A DNA stretch of 64,000 bases from a virus: the IMG/VR virus record IMGVR_UViG_3300045993_000417, positions 1-64,000 of that record; one strand, written 5' to 3'. The notes below the pieces were generated by a model that saw only the letters and a program-made list of their open reading frames with translations, did no database searches and had not been told where the DNA came from. A program made the position numbers and the translations under genes. Of the stretch, positions 20,417 to 30,156 are shown piece after piece (the stretch's first letter is position 1; each line of letters opens with the position of its first letter).

Positions 20417-20792
20417 TGGCTGGGGTTTGGGTAACTGATCACAGACGGGGAGCGTGTGGACATTGGGAATACCCAGATGGTCTGAAGACGTGTAAACATT
20501 GTGGTAAAGACTTACCTTAGTAAAGTGGAATGACGATGTAGAAGTTCTACGCCTGTATTCTGAATCTGTTAAGTTAACTACTGATACCGGCATATTACAT
20601 AACGTGGACCATATAATACCTCTAAAGTCTGACTTCGTATGTGGACTACATTGTCATACAAACCTTAGGGTCATAACGGCTGAAGAAAATAAGGCTAAAA
20701 ATAATAGGTACTGGCCGGACATGCCAGAAATAACCCCTGAACTTAAAGCCATGGCAAAAGCCTTTAAAGAAAGTGAAATGAAGAATGTATAA
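20416..20792 (+). pseudogene. Degenerate HNH homing endonuclease (internal deletion/frameshift)
   Basis: The ATG at 20416 gives ...KTCKHCGKDLP*. Another frame gives KWNDDVEVLRLYSESVKLTTDTGILHNVDHIIPLK...GLH..TNLRVITAEEN, collinear with the intact HNH at 51297. Confidence 0.75.
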
Positions 20793-22308
20793 ACTTATTG
20801 ACTCAGCGTCTTTCTTCCGGGAAGACGAGCCCATAGTTACCCTTATTGATTTAAAGAAATACACATCGGGGTTGGAGAAATTAGCCGCTGATTCTAGTAT
20901 AACAGCGTACGTTGCTGAACTGAAACCGGAAGAGGGGTATTTCTACGTTCACATACTGGCCCTTGGAGCTTCTGAATTCTACGGCGCAAATCGCAACGGT
21001 GATAGTTTCCCTGAGGACAGCCTTATTAAGTATCATCATACTTTTGTAACGTCCCCAGGATTTATTTTTCGAAATCATATTAACAAGGACCCCAGCATAG
21101 CCATAGGTAAAGTAGTCTTTTCAACATTTAATGTTAGAATGCATAGAGTGGAAATTATAGCTGCAATTGACCGGGTTAAGGGTAAAGATATTTTGGAAAG
21201 GGTGGAGGCAGGTGACTTCCCCTCCACCAGTATGGCATGCAAGACAAGTTATGACGAATGCTCTATCTGCAATAACCGAGCCCATACTAGGGCTGAGTAT
21301 TGCACCCATTTACGCAACGAGTTAGGTAAGATATATCCTGACGGTAGAAAAGTTACAGCTATCAACTCCGCCCCGTTAAAGTTCATGGAACAGAGTATAG
21401 TGGTTCGCCCGGCAGACGCAACGAGTTCCATACTGATGAAAGTAGCAAGTGACTCATCCTTCACTCAAGTCCAATCTTCAGCTGAGCTAGCTGAGATTGA
21501 AGGTCTTGGAGACAACGTCATGGATAAACAAGCGGATCTAAGCAAGCTAGCTGATCTCATCAAAGAAATTGATGGTGGTCTAGTAGTAGACGCAGATCCT
21601 GAGTTGGACAAACTTTTAGCTAAAACTAAAGACCCTAAGTTCGCTCTAATTCCAATCCTTAAGAACTTCAAGCTTAACGATGTTCTATACTCTCTTGGGC
21701 ACCTGGGCATTAGCCCGTCCCTAGCCTTCCTGGCAGAGTTAATAGCAGTCAAGCTAGTAGGAGACCACATGACCGGCTCTGGGGCTACTATAGCCTCTCT
21801 AGCGCATCAGGTAGACCCTTCTAAGATAGCTGTACCTAAAGAGATGTCGGACGAAGTTAACGGACCTCAATCCTCTATCCTGAAACTGTTCGCACCAGAA
21901 CTTCTTGGCAGCTCTATGCTTCCAGAGTTCGTAGAGAAGCGTGCTTTCTTGTTTGATGATGGAAGAGAACGTGACGATTTTGAAGGAAAGCATTATAATA
22001 CCAATATAGGCTACATTGGAAATGGTCCCGAGATTGAGAAGACTCCATTTGAAATGTGGCAAGCTGCAAATGGCGGTATGAAAGAAAACGGTGGCATAGG
22101 TAAAGTACTAACTACGCTACTGGCTGTTGGTGGAGCTGCACTAGCTGCTAAGTGGTTTATAACTAGAACCATTGAACAGAAAATGAGAGAGGCTTTGCCT
22201 CACCCTGGAAATGGTGTTAAAATAGTACTAGTTAAATCTGCTTCTGATTACAAGTTAACTCATCGTTTAGCTAAGGCTGCGATGATTAAGTGTCTAAAGA
22301 AGGTGTAA
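20785..22308 (+). CDS. Prohead (maturation) protease with a Zn-finger insertion
   Basis: NRNGDSF, IFRNH (His), TSMAC (Ser), CSICNN...YCTH, EQSIVVRPAD. Lies upstream of the scaffold and capsid genes. Confidence 0.75.
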   Translation: MYKLIDSASFFREDEPIVTLIDLKKYTSGLEKLAADSSITAYVAELKPEEGYFYVHILALGASEFYGANRNGDSFPEDSLIKYHHTFVTSPGFIFRNHINKDPSIAIGKVVFSTFNVRMHRVEIIAAIDRVKGKDILERVEAGDFPSTSMACKTSYDECSICNNRAHTRAEYCTHLRNELGKIYPDGRKVTAINSAPLKFMEQSIVVRPADATSSILMKVASDSSFTQVQSSAELAEIEGLGDNVMDKQADLSKLADLIKEIDGGLVVDADPELDKLLAKTKDPKFALIPILKNFKLNDVLYSLGHLGISPSLAFLAELIAVKLVGDHMTGSGATIASLAHQVDPSKIAVPKEMSDEVNGPQSSILKLFAPELLGSSMLPEFVEKRAFLFDDGRERDDFEGKHYNTNIGYIGNGPEIEKTPFEMWQAANGGMKENGGIGKVLTTLLAVGGAALAAKWFITRTIEQKMREALPHPGNGVKIVLVKSASDYKLTHRLAKAAMIKCLKKV

Positions 22309-22380
22309 TACAGATTGACGAAGGATTACTAAAAAGATACAATTCAATACCGTATCTAAACTACAAGGAAAACTTATAAC

Positions 22381-23571
22381 ATGAGTAAAAATGAAAACTT
22401 CACTTTAGAAGACCTTTTGGCTACAATTGAGAAGCAAGCTTCTGACGCTGAAACCGAGGGCTCTAAAGCCGATAATAAAGAAGACTCCAAGGAAGCATTG
22501 GACTCTCGTAAAAAGGACTCGGGTGAAACCGATGAAGCCGAAGCCGAAAAAGCTAAAGCTGAAAAGAAAGAAGGTCAAGAGAAGTCTGCATCTGAACAAG
22601 GCGCTGACTTAGCTAAGGAAATTCTAGAAAAAGTAGCATCTAACAATAAAGGAAATAACGAAATGAGCAAACAAGCTTCTGTAGCTGGCAAGGCTTTGGC
22701 CGATGCAATCCTGACTAAACTGGCTTCTGCTGGTGACGTCGCAACTGAAAACGGGATCACTCCTGGTACAGTTCCACAAAAGAATATCGTTGACAACGCT
22801 GAGATGGATGCACAGGCAACTGCAAAAATCCAATCACTTCCAGGTACCGACGGTGCTGGTAATGGCGGTAGCGTTAATCAAATCTTTGATGCAATCGTTG
22901 CTGATGCAATGGGCGAAGGCGCAACTGCTTACGACCAAACACAATCTGCTGGCGCTTCTGCTGGTGAAGGTGCTGCTATGGATCAAGGCGCAACTGCAAA
23001 TGGTCACGCTGATGAGTCTCAAGAGAAGATGGCTGCTGCTATCACATTGTTTGAGAATGGTCTGGACTTTGATACAGCAGTTGACTTGGTTAAAGAAGCT
23101 GCTGAAGCAATTGAAGCTGAAGAGTTTGATATGGCTAAACAAGCCGCTGTTAGCGAATTGATAGGTCAAGGTTTTGACTTTGATAGCGCAGTTGAGTTGG
23201 TTAAAGAAGCTGTTGCAAATCCATCTGAGCGCGTCTCTCATCCCAATAGTACTATACGCGGTAAGGTAGAACAGGGTGCTTATCAGGCTAAGCAAAAAGG
23301 TAAACGTTTCGGAGCTTCCGCTAAAAGTGAGGCTGCCAATCTGAAGGGCGCACTAGGCGGTTTGAAGAATTCCCCACGTACGGCTATTCAATCTATCGCA
23401 GGTAATCGTATTGCCCAAGCTGCTGCAGCTGCTGCTGCTATCGGTGGTGGTGCGTATGCTCTTACTCGTGAAAAGAAAGCTGCTTTCGAAGCATTGGTTG
23501 ATGCTGGTGTTGACTTCGAAAAGGCTGCTGAGTTGGTTGCTGCTAAGTCTCAAGAACTGTACGGTCTGTAA
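22381..23571 (+). CDS. Scaffold/inner-core protein
   Basis: Acidic and Ala-rich, with numerous EKQA/KSA/KVA/KLA/KMA/KEA sites and three LxxxG(L/F/V)DFxxAxxLV repeats. Confidence 0.65.
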   Translation: MSKNENFTLEDLLATIEKQASDAETEGSKADNKEDSKEALDSRKKDSGETDEAEAEKAKAEKKEGQEKSASEQGADLAKEILEKVASNNKGNNEMSKQASVAGKALADAILTKLASAGDVATENGITPGTVPQKNIVDNAEMDAQATAKIQSLPGTDGAGNGGSVNQIFDAIVADAMGEGATAYDQTQSAGASAGEGAAMDQGATANGHADESQEKMAAAITLFENGLDFDTAVDLVKEAAEAIEAEEFDMAKQAAVSELIGQGFDFDSAVELVKEAVANPSERVSHPNSTIRGKVEQGAYQAKQKGKRFGASAKSEAANLKGALGGLKNSPRTAIQSIAGNRIAQAAAAAAAIGGGAYALTREKKAAFEALVDAGVDFEKAAELVAAKSQELYGL

Positions 23572-23595
23572 GACGTAACGTAAAAGCATGATACT

Positions 23596-23627
23596 AGAGG
23601 GTGGAGCTTAAAGCCCGCCCTCTTTTT
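23596..23627 (+). terminator. Intrinsic terminator
   Basis: AGAGGGTGG/CCGCCCTCT stem followed by a T-tract. Confidence 0.65.
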
Positions 23628-23644
23628 ATTTAACCCATGAGACT

Positions 23645-24496
23645 ATGAACAAATACCTAACCAAACTAGCTACCCTCTCAGCCGATGCTAAAAAAGAGAT
23701 CCAACAAACAGCTATCATAGCTGCTACTGGATTAGGCGCAGGAATAGGCGGTGACATGTTATCTAAGACTAAGGCTATCTCTAGCTGGAAAGCTCCGAGC
23801 TGGCTTAAGGCTGGTGTTACCGTTGGGGCGTTAGGTTTAGTAGGTGACGTAGCTGCTGTTAAGGTTAATAGACATATAGAAAAGAGTGCAGGGATGAATA
23901 AGTATTTGGAAAAAGTGGCATTGACGTTAGATGGGCATTCGTTTGAACCGGTGGGGAACTACACCACCTCCGTTAAAGATATAAACGATGCTCCGGCTAC
24001 CGTACCTAAAAAGAAGTTTGGACATCAGAAGTTAGAACCTAATATTAATCCAGGAGATACTTTCGATTCAAAGACTCTAAACTACCTAGGGAGTCCTGAT
24101 ATAGCTCATGCTAAAGATATCACTCCAGTACCTCTGTCCGCTAAAATACACAATAACAAAGCCAAGATTCTACTATCTGCTGCAGGGCTAGCCGGGGCAG
24201 CTGGATTGTATGCTTTACATAATAAAAGGAAAAAAGAAGCGATGAACAAATATCTAGAGAAAGCGGCCTCTATGCAACTCCTATTTAATGGAGTTAGGCG
24301 TGGGGCACAAAGGCTTGGCGGGCAATTAAAGACATTGGGACAAGACTTTAGTACTGCCCCTAAAACGATGGCAGGTATGAAGAGTATGGCTCCAAGTATC
24401 AAACCTATACTTCAGAACCGTGCGGTACAGGTGGGTGCAGGTGCTACTGCGTTAGGAGTTGGTGCACTGTCCATGAGAAAAAAGAATAACCAATAA
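23645..24496 (+). CDS. Tagged polyprotein-like virion protein (three MNKYLxKxA copies)
   Basis: Tags start at 23645, 23894 and 24242. Each module ends in a Gly/Ala hydrophobic helix followed by basic residues. Confidence 0.75.
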   Translation: MNKYLTKLATLSADAKKEIQQTAIIAATGLGAGIGGDMLSKTKAISSWKAPSWLKAGVTVGALGLVGDVAAVKVNRHIEKSAGMNKYLEKVALTLDGHSFEPVGNYTTSVKDINDAPATVPKKKFGHQKLEPNINPGDTFDSKTLNYLGSPDIAHAKDITPVPLSAKIHNNKAKILLSAAGLAGAAGLYALHNKRKKEAMNKYLEKAASMQLLFNGVRRGAQRLGGQLKTLGQDFSTAPKTMAGMKSMAPSIKPILQNRAVQVGAGATALGVGALSMRKKNNQ

Positions 24497-24506
24497 GGAT
24501 ATTAAA

Positions 24507-25103
24507 ATGTCACTATCACAAGAATTACGTGCATACGCAGAAACCTTGCACACTCCAGAAGTTTCGGAGACAGAGGCTGCGGTTGAACTTTTGAAACAAG
24601 CGGGTCTTTCTGAAGACGTGGCTCGTGCAGAAGTTCTACAAATGGAAATGGAAAAAGAGGCTACCGAGCACCTAGTCATGTCCGGTATCGACATCGACAA
24701 GGCTGTCAACATGGTTAAGGCTGCTAACATCAATGTTAAGAACCTGACTAAGGTGTCTCTTGTTAAGGAAGCATCCGAAGTCACTGCTAGTCCAGAAGCT
24801 GAGTTACTGATTAAGGTAGCTGAGTACGTGGAAGAGTTGGAGTCTGAGAACGCTAACCTTAAGAACATGGTTAAAGTCGCTGAAGCTAGTGCACCAGAAA
24901 AAGAAATCAAACTCCCTCAGTCTATGGAGAAGGTTGCTAAGTCTGGCATGCTGACTAAGGAAGACTTGATTGAGCTACAGAGCGTTAGCGCTACTGTACT
25001 GAATAAGGTTGCATCGGCTCTAGAGCCTGCATGGGAAATGGGTAAAGCTGCTGGGGTTGCAAGACCTAAGACTGATCCTATCCTTGAATTTTGTGTGGCT
25101 TAA
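24507..25103 (+). CDS. Scaffold-like head protein
   Basis: Acidic helical protein with KQA/KEA/KAA/KVA motifs. Confidence 0.6.
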   Translation: MSLSQELRAYAETLHTPEVSETEAAVELLKQAGLSEDVARAEVLQMEMEKEATEHLVMSGIDIDKAVNMVKAANINVKNLTKVSLVKEASEVTASPEAELLIKVAEYVEELESENANLKNMVKVAEASAPEKEIKLPQSMEKVAKSGMLTKEDLIELQSVSATVLNKVASALEPAWEMGKAAGVARPKTDPILEFCVA

Positions 25104-25105
25104 TT

Positions 25106-25984
25106 ATGACTAACCTCTACTTAGAAAAGATTGCGGCTTCCATGTCTGAAGATATGCAAGAGCCTTGGACCATCCTGGGACAGAAAGAGGTAATGCTACG
25201 TCACGGATATGATGTACCTTATAATGAACTTGGTAACGTAAATGCTCAGACAGCTAATACTAACCTTTTTAGGCAGTTGAAGCACCGAGGTATCGGAGCT
25301 CTAATAGGTGCTGCTGCTGGAGGTATTATGGGCGGTATACTACAGGGATCACAGGGAGCTTCTATTGGAGTAGCTGGTGGGGCTATGGCTGGAGCTATAG
25401 GCGGGATTGTACACGATAGTAAGTACATGAAAGAAGACCACGCTGAACTAATTCGTAGGAACATAGATTCAGGGGCGTGGGATAAATATCATATTGGAGA
25501 AAAACAAGCCTCATTCGACAATCCTTACCTAGAGAAGATTGCAGCTAATAAAATGAAGCAGTACATGATCGACACTGGTCAAATTCATAGTCATCAGTTT
25601 TATGGTCCTAAGGGAACAAAAGTAAATGCTCCTAGTAACCAGTCTATCAACGCTATGTATGCTTCAACTGCGCCTACGTCTACATACAATGCGGGTGGTA
25701 GGACAACTACGACTAAGCCTGGTAGTAAAGGTATTTTAGGAATTGGCAAGACTCCTGCTGTAACTACCTCTGTAGAAAATACCGCCACTAGAGTAACAGG
25801 AGATTCATTGGCTGGTGGAGTGAAAAGCAGGATGGTGCCAAAGACAGGTGTTAAGGGACTCCTAGGTAAGGCCGTAGGGTTGATGAAAAGAAATCCATTA
25901 GCTACTGGAGCTGTTGCATTAGGTGCTGGTATGTTAGCCGGTAGGTCTAGTAAAGGCAGTGGCGATCAGTATCAATACGCTTAA
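25106..25984 (+). CDS. Tagged two-module virion protein (MTNLYLEKIA; internal NPYLEKIA) with a glycine zipper
   Basis: Start revised to the ATG at 25106. GxxxG repeats. Confidence 0.7.
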   Translation: MTNLYLEKIAASMSEDMQEPWTILGQKEVMLRHGYDVPYNELGNVNAQTANTNLFRQLKHRGIGALIGAAAGGIMGGILQGSQGASIGVAGGAMAGAIGGIVHDSKYMKEDHAELIRRNIDSGAWDKYHIGEKQASFDNPYLEKIAANKMKQYMIDTGQIHSHQFYGPKGTKVNAPSNQSINAMYASTAPTSTYNAGGRTTTTKPGSKGILGIGKTPAVTTSVENTATRVTGDSLAGGVKSRMVPKTGVKGLLGKAVGLMKRNPLATGAVALGAGMLAGRSSKGSGDQYQYA

Positions 25985-26008
25985 GCTTTAAGAACTACGT
26001 TTCAAACT

Positions 26009-26041
26009 AAAAAAATCCCGGAGTGATTACCGGGATTTTTT
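26009..26041. terminator. Bidirectional intrinsic terminator
   Basis: AAAAAATCCCGG/CCGGGATTTTTT between convergent genes. Confidence 0.85.
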
Positions 26042-26042
26042 A

Positions 26043-26516
26043 TTACTTACATTTAGACCAAGCCGTGCGTTGCTCCCTATCAAAACTAGAAGCCCCTATC
26101 ATTCTATACGCGGCGTTATCCCTAGTGTTACGTTTCCTAGCGTATGCCTCTGAAGTACTCCACTGCCTGTTATCCCTTACCCGGTTTGTTTTACTCCATA
26201 CAGACATAGCATATTCTGGACTATTACCCTCTAGAATAGCTAACCCTACTGGCCTGAAGTTTACTGTTAACCACGTTACACAATCATAGCTAGACTTGAA
26301 GGGTCCTATTGACGGTATATCAAACATTACCTTTTTAGTGTCCTGTTCGGTCCAGCTAACCCCCATAGTGACCTGCAAGTAGGCGTGTACTGAGAGTACG
26401 GCCCTAATCATACTTACGCTACGGTTAGACTTCATGGCGTCAATACAAAGCTTTATTAGTGTCACTCTGAATACATTACGGACGTCGGCCTGTAGTGGTG
26501 TTAATTTTACTTTCAT
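26043..26516 (-). CDS. Hypothetical protein
   Basis: CAGGAG SD and the GGTATAA motif at 26553. Confidence 0.65.
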   Translation of the reverse strand: MKVKLTPLQADVRNVFRVTLIKLCIDAMKSNRSVSMIRAVLSVHAYLQVTMGVSWTEQDTKKVMFDIPSIGPFKSSYDCVTWLTVNFRPVGLAILEGNSPEYAMSVWSKTNRVRDNRQWSTSEAYARKRNTRDNAAYRMIGASSFDREQRTAWSKCK

Positions 26517-26695
26517 GATTTAATCTCCTGTTGTGAGTTTATTACACTTAACTTATACCATTTTTCACTACATCTATTTAATTCTGAGTTAAACTAATTT
26601 CATAGAGCTATATGTTCTACAGGTTTGGGCAGTAATGTCCTTGATTGATCTAATAATTAGTTCGGTCTAAACATTTAACTAAAAGGAAATAAACC

Positions 26696-27136
26696 ATGAA
26701 AATGGAAAGAACGGCAGAAGTCATTCGTGGCTGGCCATATGACGGTTCTCTTAACCGTGCGGAGCCAATTACGGCTGCTGCAACTCTGGTTAATGGTGAC
26801 TGGGTTGTAAAAGGTGCAGACGGTACTGTTAACGTTGGTTCAGTTACATTCGCTAACGGTAAAGCTGGTTTGGTAGTTGTTGGTAATGGTGATTCTGGTT
26901 CTGCATTGAACTCTGGCAAAGCTGAAGTATTGTGGGGTAACTTTATCGCTAAGGTATCTAACTTTACTGCTGGCGCTTATGTTCCTGGTGCTCCAGTTAC
27001 TGTTACAGCAGGTAAGATTGCATTGGCAACTCTGAGCACTGGCACAACCAACGGTAGCATCGTTGTAGGCCACGTATTGGATGTTGTTGCAGTTAGTGCA
27101 ACTAATACTGCTCATGTTGTTATCGCAGTATATTAA
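26696..27136 (+). CDS. Head decoration/cement protein
   Basis: 146-aa beta-rich protein directly upstream of the capsid gene. AAGGA SD. Confidence 0.7.
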   Translation: MKMERTAEVIRGWPYDGSLNRAEPITAAATLVNGDWVVKGADGTVNVGSVTFANGKAGLVVVGNGDSGSALNSGKAEVLWGNFIAKVSNFTAGAYVPGAPVTVTAGKIALATLSTGTTNGSIVVGHVLDVVAVSATNTAHVVIAVY

Positions 27137-27148
27137 TAGGGGATAAAC

Positions 27149-28042
27149 ATGAGTAATTACACAACCGAAACAATCAATACCCAATTCATCAATCAGTCTT
27201 TCTTGGACAAGATTGACCAAGGTATGGAAAAAGAAGCCGGCGCAGCAATGTCCGCATTCGTGCGTCAAAAACTGCGTGAAGATGGCTTTACACGTAAGAT
27301 CCTAACTCCAGTTTCGATCACTGCTTCCGAGCTAGATCGTCAACTGAGCGAAGAGCCACAAGTAATCGTAGAGAAAGAGCCAGACAGCGTTGCTGCAAAC
27401 TTGCCCTTCTTGTCTCGTGCTGAGATTCGCTACTTTACCGGTTCTCGTTATGCAGTAACTTTCCAGAAGATCACTTCTGCTGAGTTCAAGAAGTCTAAGT
27501 TCGAGTTGGCTACATACCGTACCGACATCCGCACTATCCTTCAAGAAAACTCGGTTAAGGATCTGCAAGAGCAAGAAGACAAAAACTTCTACAACAACTG
27601 CTTGGCAGTGGCTACAGCTAACAGCAACGTTCACGCCATCGCTGGTGGTTTCAACGTAGCTAACCTGAACGCTGGTATCAAGTTCCTGTTGGAGAAGAAA
27701 CTTCCTGTTGGTTGTATCCTGATGACTCAAAGCATGTATGCTGATCTGTTGGCTCAACCAGCTACTCAAATCGGTTCTGCAGCAGCTTCTGAGCTGTTCC
27801 GCGGCCAAGCTAGTCTTGACAATTTTTTTGGATACAAAATTATTACGACTAACAAAACTGACATCGTACCGACAAACCAAGCTGTCGTGTTTGCTCCGCA
27901 AGAGTATACCGGCCAGTTCTATTCCTTGCAGGAACCTCAAGTTTTCCTCAAGACAGAAGCCGATATGATCCAGTTCCAGACGTACGAAGCTATCGGTGCA
28001 GGCCTCGGAAATACCTCAGCAGTGCATTTTCTTAATTTCTAA
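27149..28042 (+). CDS. Major capsid protein (HK97-fold, putative)
   Basis: Position after protease, scaffold and decoration genes; strong codon bias; VRQKLREDGFTRKIL; N-terminal EKEA cleavage-like site; terminator follows. Confidence 0.8.
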   Translation: MSNYTTETINTQFINQSFLDKIDQGMEKEAGAAMSAFVRQKLREDGFTRKILTPVSITASELDRQLSEEPQVIVEKEPDSVAANLPFLSRAEIRYFTGSRYAVTFQKITSAEFKKSKFELATYRTDIRTILQENSVKDLQEQEDKNFYNNCLAVATANSNVHAIAGGFNVANLNAGIKFLLEKKLPVGCILMTQSMYADLLAQPATQIGSAAASELFRGQASLDNFFGYKIITTNKTDIVPTNQAVVFAPQEYTGQFYSLQEPQVFLKTEADMIQFQTYEAIGAGLGNTSAVHFLNF

Positions 28043-28064
28043 GAGGTTTTTAGAAAGTAACACT

Positions 28065-28093
28065 AAAAAGCCTGGAGAAATCCGGGCTTTTTT
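28065..28093. terminator. Intrinsic terminator after the capsid gene
   Basis: AAAAAGCCTGGA/TCCGGGCTTTTT. Confidence 0.8.
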
Positions 28094-28147
28094 ACGTCCT
28101 CAAAATTGTAGTAGTTAAAAGTGTCCTAGTTATGTTAAAATAGGATT

Positions 28148-29329
28148 ATGAAACATACCAACAAATTATCGCAAGAAGAAGTAATACGTCGCATGACTTT
28201 GAAGAACCCTCAGTTTGATTTTTCAGAGTTTGTGTACACAAATAGTACTACCAAAAGTACTGTCATGTGTAGTACTCACGGTAGATTCCAACAGAATTAT
28301 AAAAGGCTGACTAACGGTATAGGGTGTGCCAAATGTGGTGGCGTAGCTAAAAAAGATCCAATATCTTATGTAGAGGAAATCACACGTAAGTTTGGCACAT
28401 TCTGTGACTACTCTAGGGTAGTATATCTAGGGGCCCGTTCAACGGTGGAGGTAGTATGCCCTATACACGGTGTATTTAGTGTAATAGCATGTAACTACCT
28501 TAATCTATATAAACACCCGTGTCCTAAGTGTGGTATTGATAATAGGGTCAAGAATCAGTTTGATTCTGCGGAGGATTTTATAAGGAAGGCGGTTTCCGTG
28601 CACGGATCTTTATATGACTACTCTAAGGTGGTATACGTAGGTTCTAAGATGCCTGTGGAAATAGTCTGTAAAACTCATGGGAGTTTCTTAAAGTCTCCCA
28701 ATAAACACATAAGTTATAAAGGTGGATGTCAGAGGTGTTCTGAGGGTAACCGTATCTCTAAAGGTGAATCGAGTCTTCTTAATAAAGTATCGGAGCTGGG
28801 ATTAGCTATACTGAAGAACAATAGGGGCATTCTACCCGGACGTAAAGAGTTGGATATGTACTTCCCTGAACTAAAAACAGGGATAGAGTATAACGGAATA
28901 CTATGGCACTCGGAATATAAGGGGTCCAAGTTTAACCTATTGGACAAGACAAAACTGGGAGAAGCCGTAGGGGTTAAAGTATTACATATATTCGAAGACG
29001 AGTGGGAGAACGATCCGGATAGGGTAATTAATATAACCAAAGCCGTATTAGGAACTGAGATAAACGATAAACAATTAGTAAAAGAGTGCTCCACCTTATT
29101 TGGCGAACTAACATATTTAGATAGAAGGTACCCACTGCTAGATAAATTTCTACGCCTAGGATACGAGGTAATAGAGGTAGTAGATCCTAAACCCTGGTTT
29201 AGTAATGGATATAAAAATAGAGTACCCTACACTGAAGACATAAAATCAAGTAACCCCCGTGGAGTAGTAGTCTGGGACTGTGGAGGTTACCTATTAAAAC
29301 CACCGGCCAAAATTATGGGTGTAACATAA
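28148..29329 (+). CDS. Free-standing homing-endonuclease-like protein: three Zn-ribbon repeats plus a PD-(D/E)xK/Vsr-like domain
   Basis: Three (F/Y)DYS..VY...C..HG...C..C repeats; ELDMYFPELKTGIEYNGILWH; HIFEDEW. Confidence 0.8.
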   Translation: MKHTNKLSQEEVIRRMTLKNPQFDFSEFVYTNSTTKSTVMCSTHGRFQQNYKRLTNGIGCAKCGGVAKKDPISYVEEITRKFGTFCDYSRVVYLGARSTVEVVCPIHGVFSVIACNYLNLYKHPCPKCGIDNRVKNQFDSAEDFIRKAVSVHGSLYDYSKVVYVGSKMPVEIVCKTHGSFLKSPNKHISYKGGCQRCSEGNRISKGESSLLNKVSELGLAILKNNRGILPGRKELDMYFPELKTGIEYNGILWHSEYKGSKFNLLDKTKLGEAVGVKVLHIFEDEWENDPDRVINITKAVLGTEINDKQLVKECSTLFGELTYLDRRYPLLDKFLRLGYEVIEVVDPKPWFSNGYKNRVPYTEDIKSSNPRGVVVWDCGGYLLKPPAKIMGVT

Positions 29330-29532
29330 ACTAAGTCCGGCTCCCGCCGGAATACTTTTCACGATTTGGGATTGTTGGTACTACAAAAACTTCCAACAGA
29401 TTCAATTAACATCTTGATTCTCCCAAATCTTTATTGTTATTAAGATGTAACCCATCGCTGTTTTGATGGATATGATCTCCCTACTACAATATACTTATAC
29501 CAAAAAAGCGGTTCTTAATGTAAAATATGGTT

Positions 29533-30156
29533 ATGAATAAATATCTGATATCCATAGAGAAGGTGGCGATGAATGCCCTTAAGTCCAGGGTATTAGCTAA
29601 AGGTGTAGGGGTTATCGCACAGCCTGGGTCACAGTGGAAACGGGCTATAAGGGATTCCAAAAATTTTAAGTCAGTAGAAGATTTTCAGAATACCTGGAAA
29701 CATAAAGTACCAAACACTTTTAAGGTGGAGGGTACTGCTACTGCCATAACCAGGACTGGTGAAAAAATCCCTGGAGCGTATAATAAATATACGAAACTAA
29801 CTGATTCTCTAAAGTCTATAGAAAATAAAGGGTTAGGTAAAGTAACGTTTCTTAATGGGGAAGCAGCCTCCATAAAAACTAAAGGCTCTAATTTACAGAT
29901 ACACCTAAAAAGTCATAATAATAGGAATATACTAGAGGCTGTTGGAAGCACAGTTAGCCCTACTGCAAGTGATACTACTCGTGGTAAAGGTTTATTTAAA
30001 GGACTATGGCCTCACATATCCAAAGAGTTAAGGAAGCGTGGGATAACCCATCTAGAGATGGAGCCTCAATCCCCCGTCTGGCATAAGAACTACAAACTTG
30101 AAAAAATACCAGAAAAAGACGTAGATTACTATAAACATAGAATACCAACTAAATGA
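29533..30156 (+). CDS. Tagged protein (MNKYLISIEKVA) with a C-terminal GNAT-like domain
   Basis: Start revised by the TAAAAT-N6-ATG geometry. RGKGLF...P.SPVW..NY.L matches 10308..10700. Confidence 0.6.
   Translation: MNKYLISIEKVAMNALKSRVLAKGVGVIAQPGSQWKRAIRDSKNFKSVEDFQNTWKHKVPNTFKVEGTATAITRTGEKIPGAYNKYTKLTDSLKSIENKGLGKVTFLNGEAASIKTKGSNLQIHLKSHNNRNILEAVGSTVSPTASDTTRGKGLFKGLWPHISKELRKRGITHLEMEPQSPVWHKNYKLEKIPEKDVDYYKHRIPTK

Noticed and set aside
29295-29455. Tiny - strand ORFs behind the GGTATAA motif at 29495
   Set aside because: They are under 40 codons and partly antisense to the nuclease gene. They could be a remnant island or antisense RNA, but support is insufficient.
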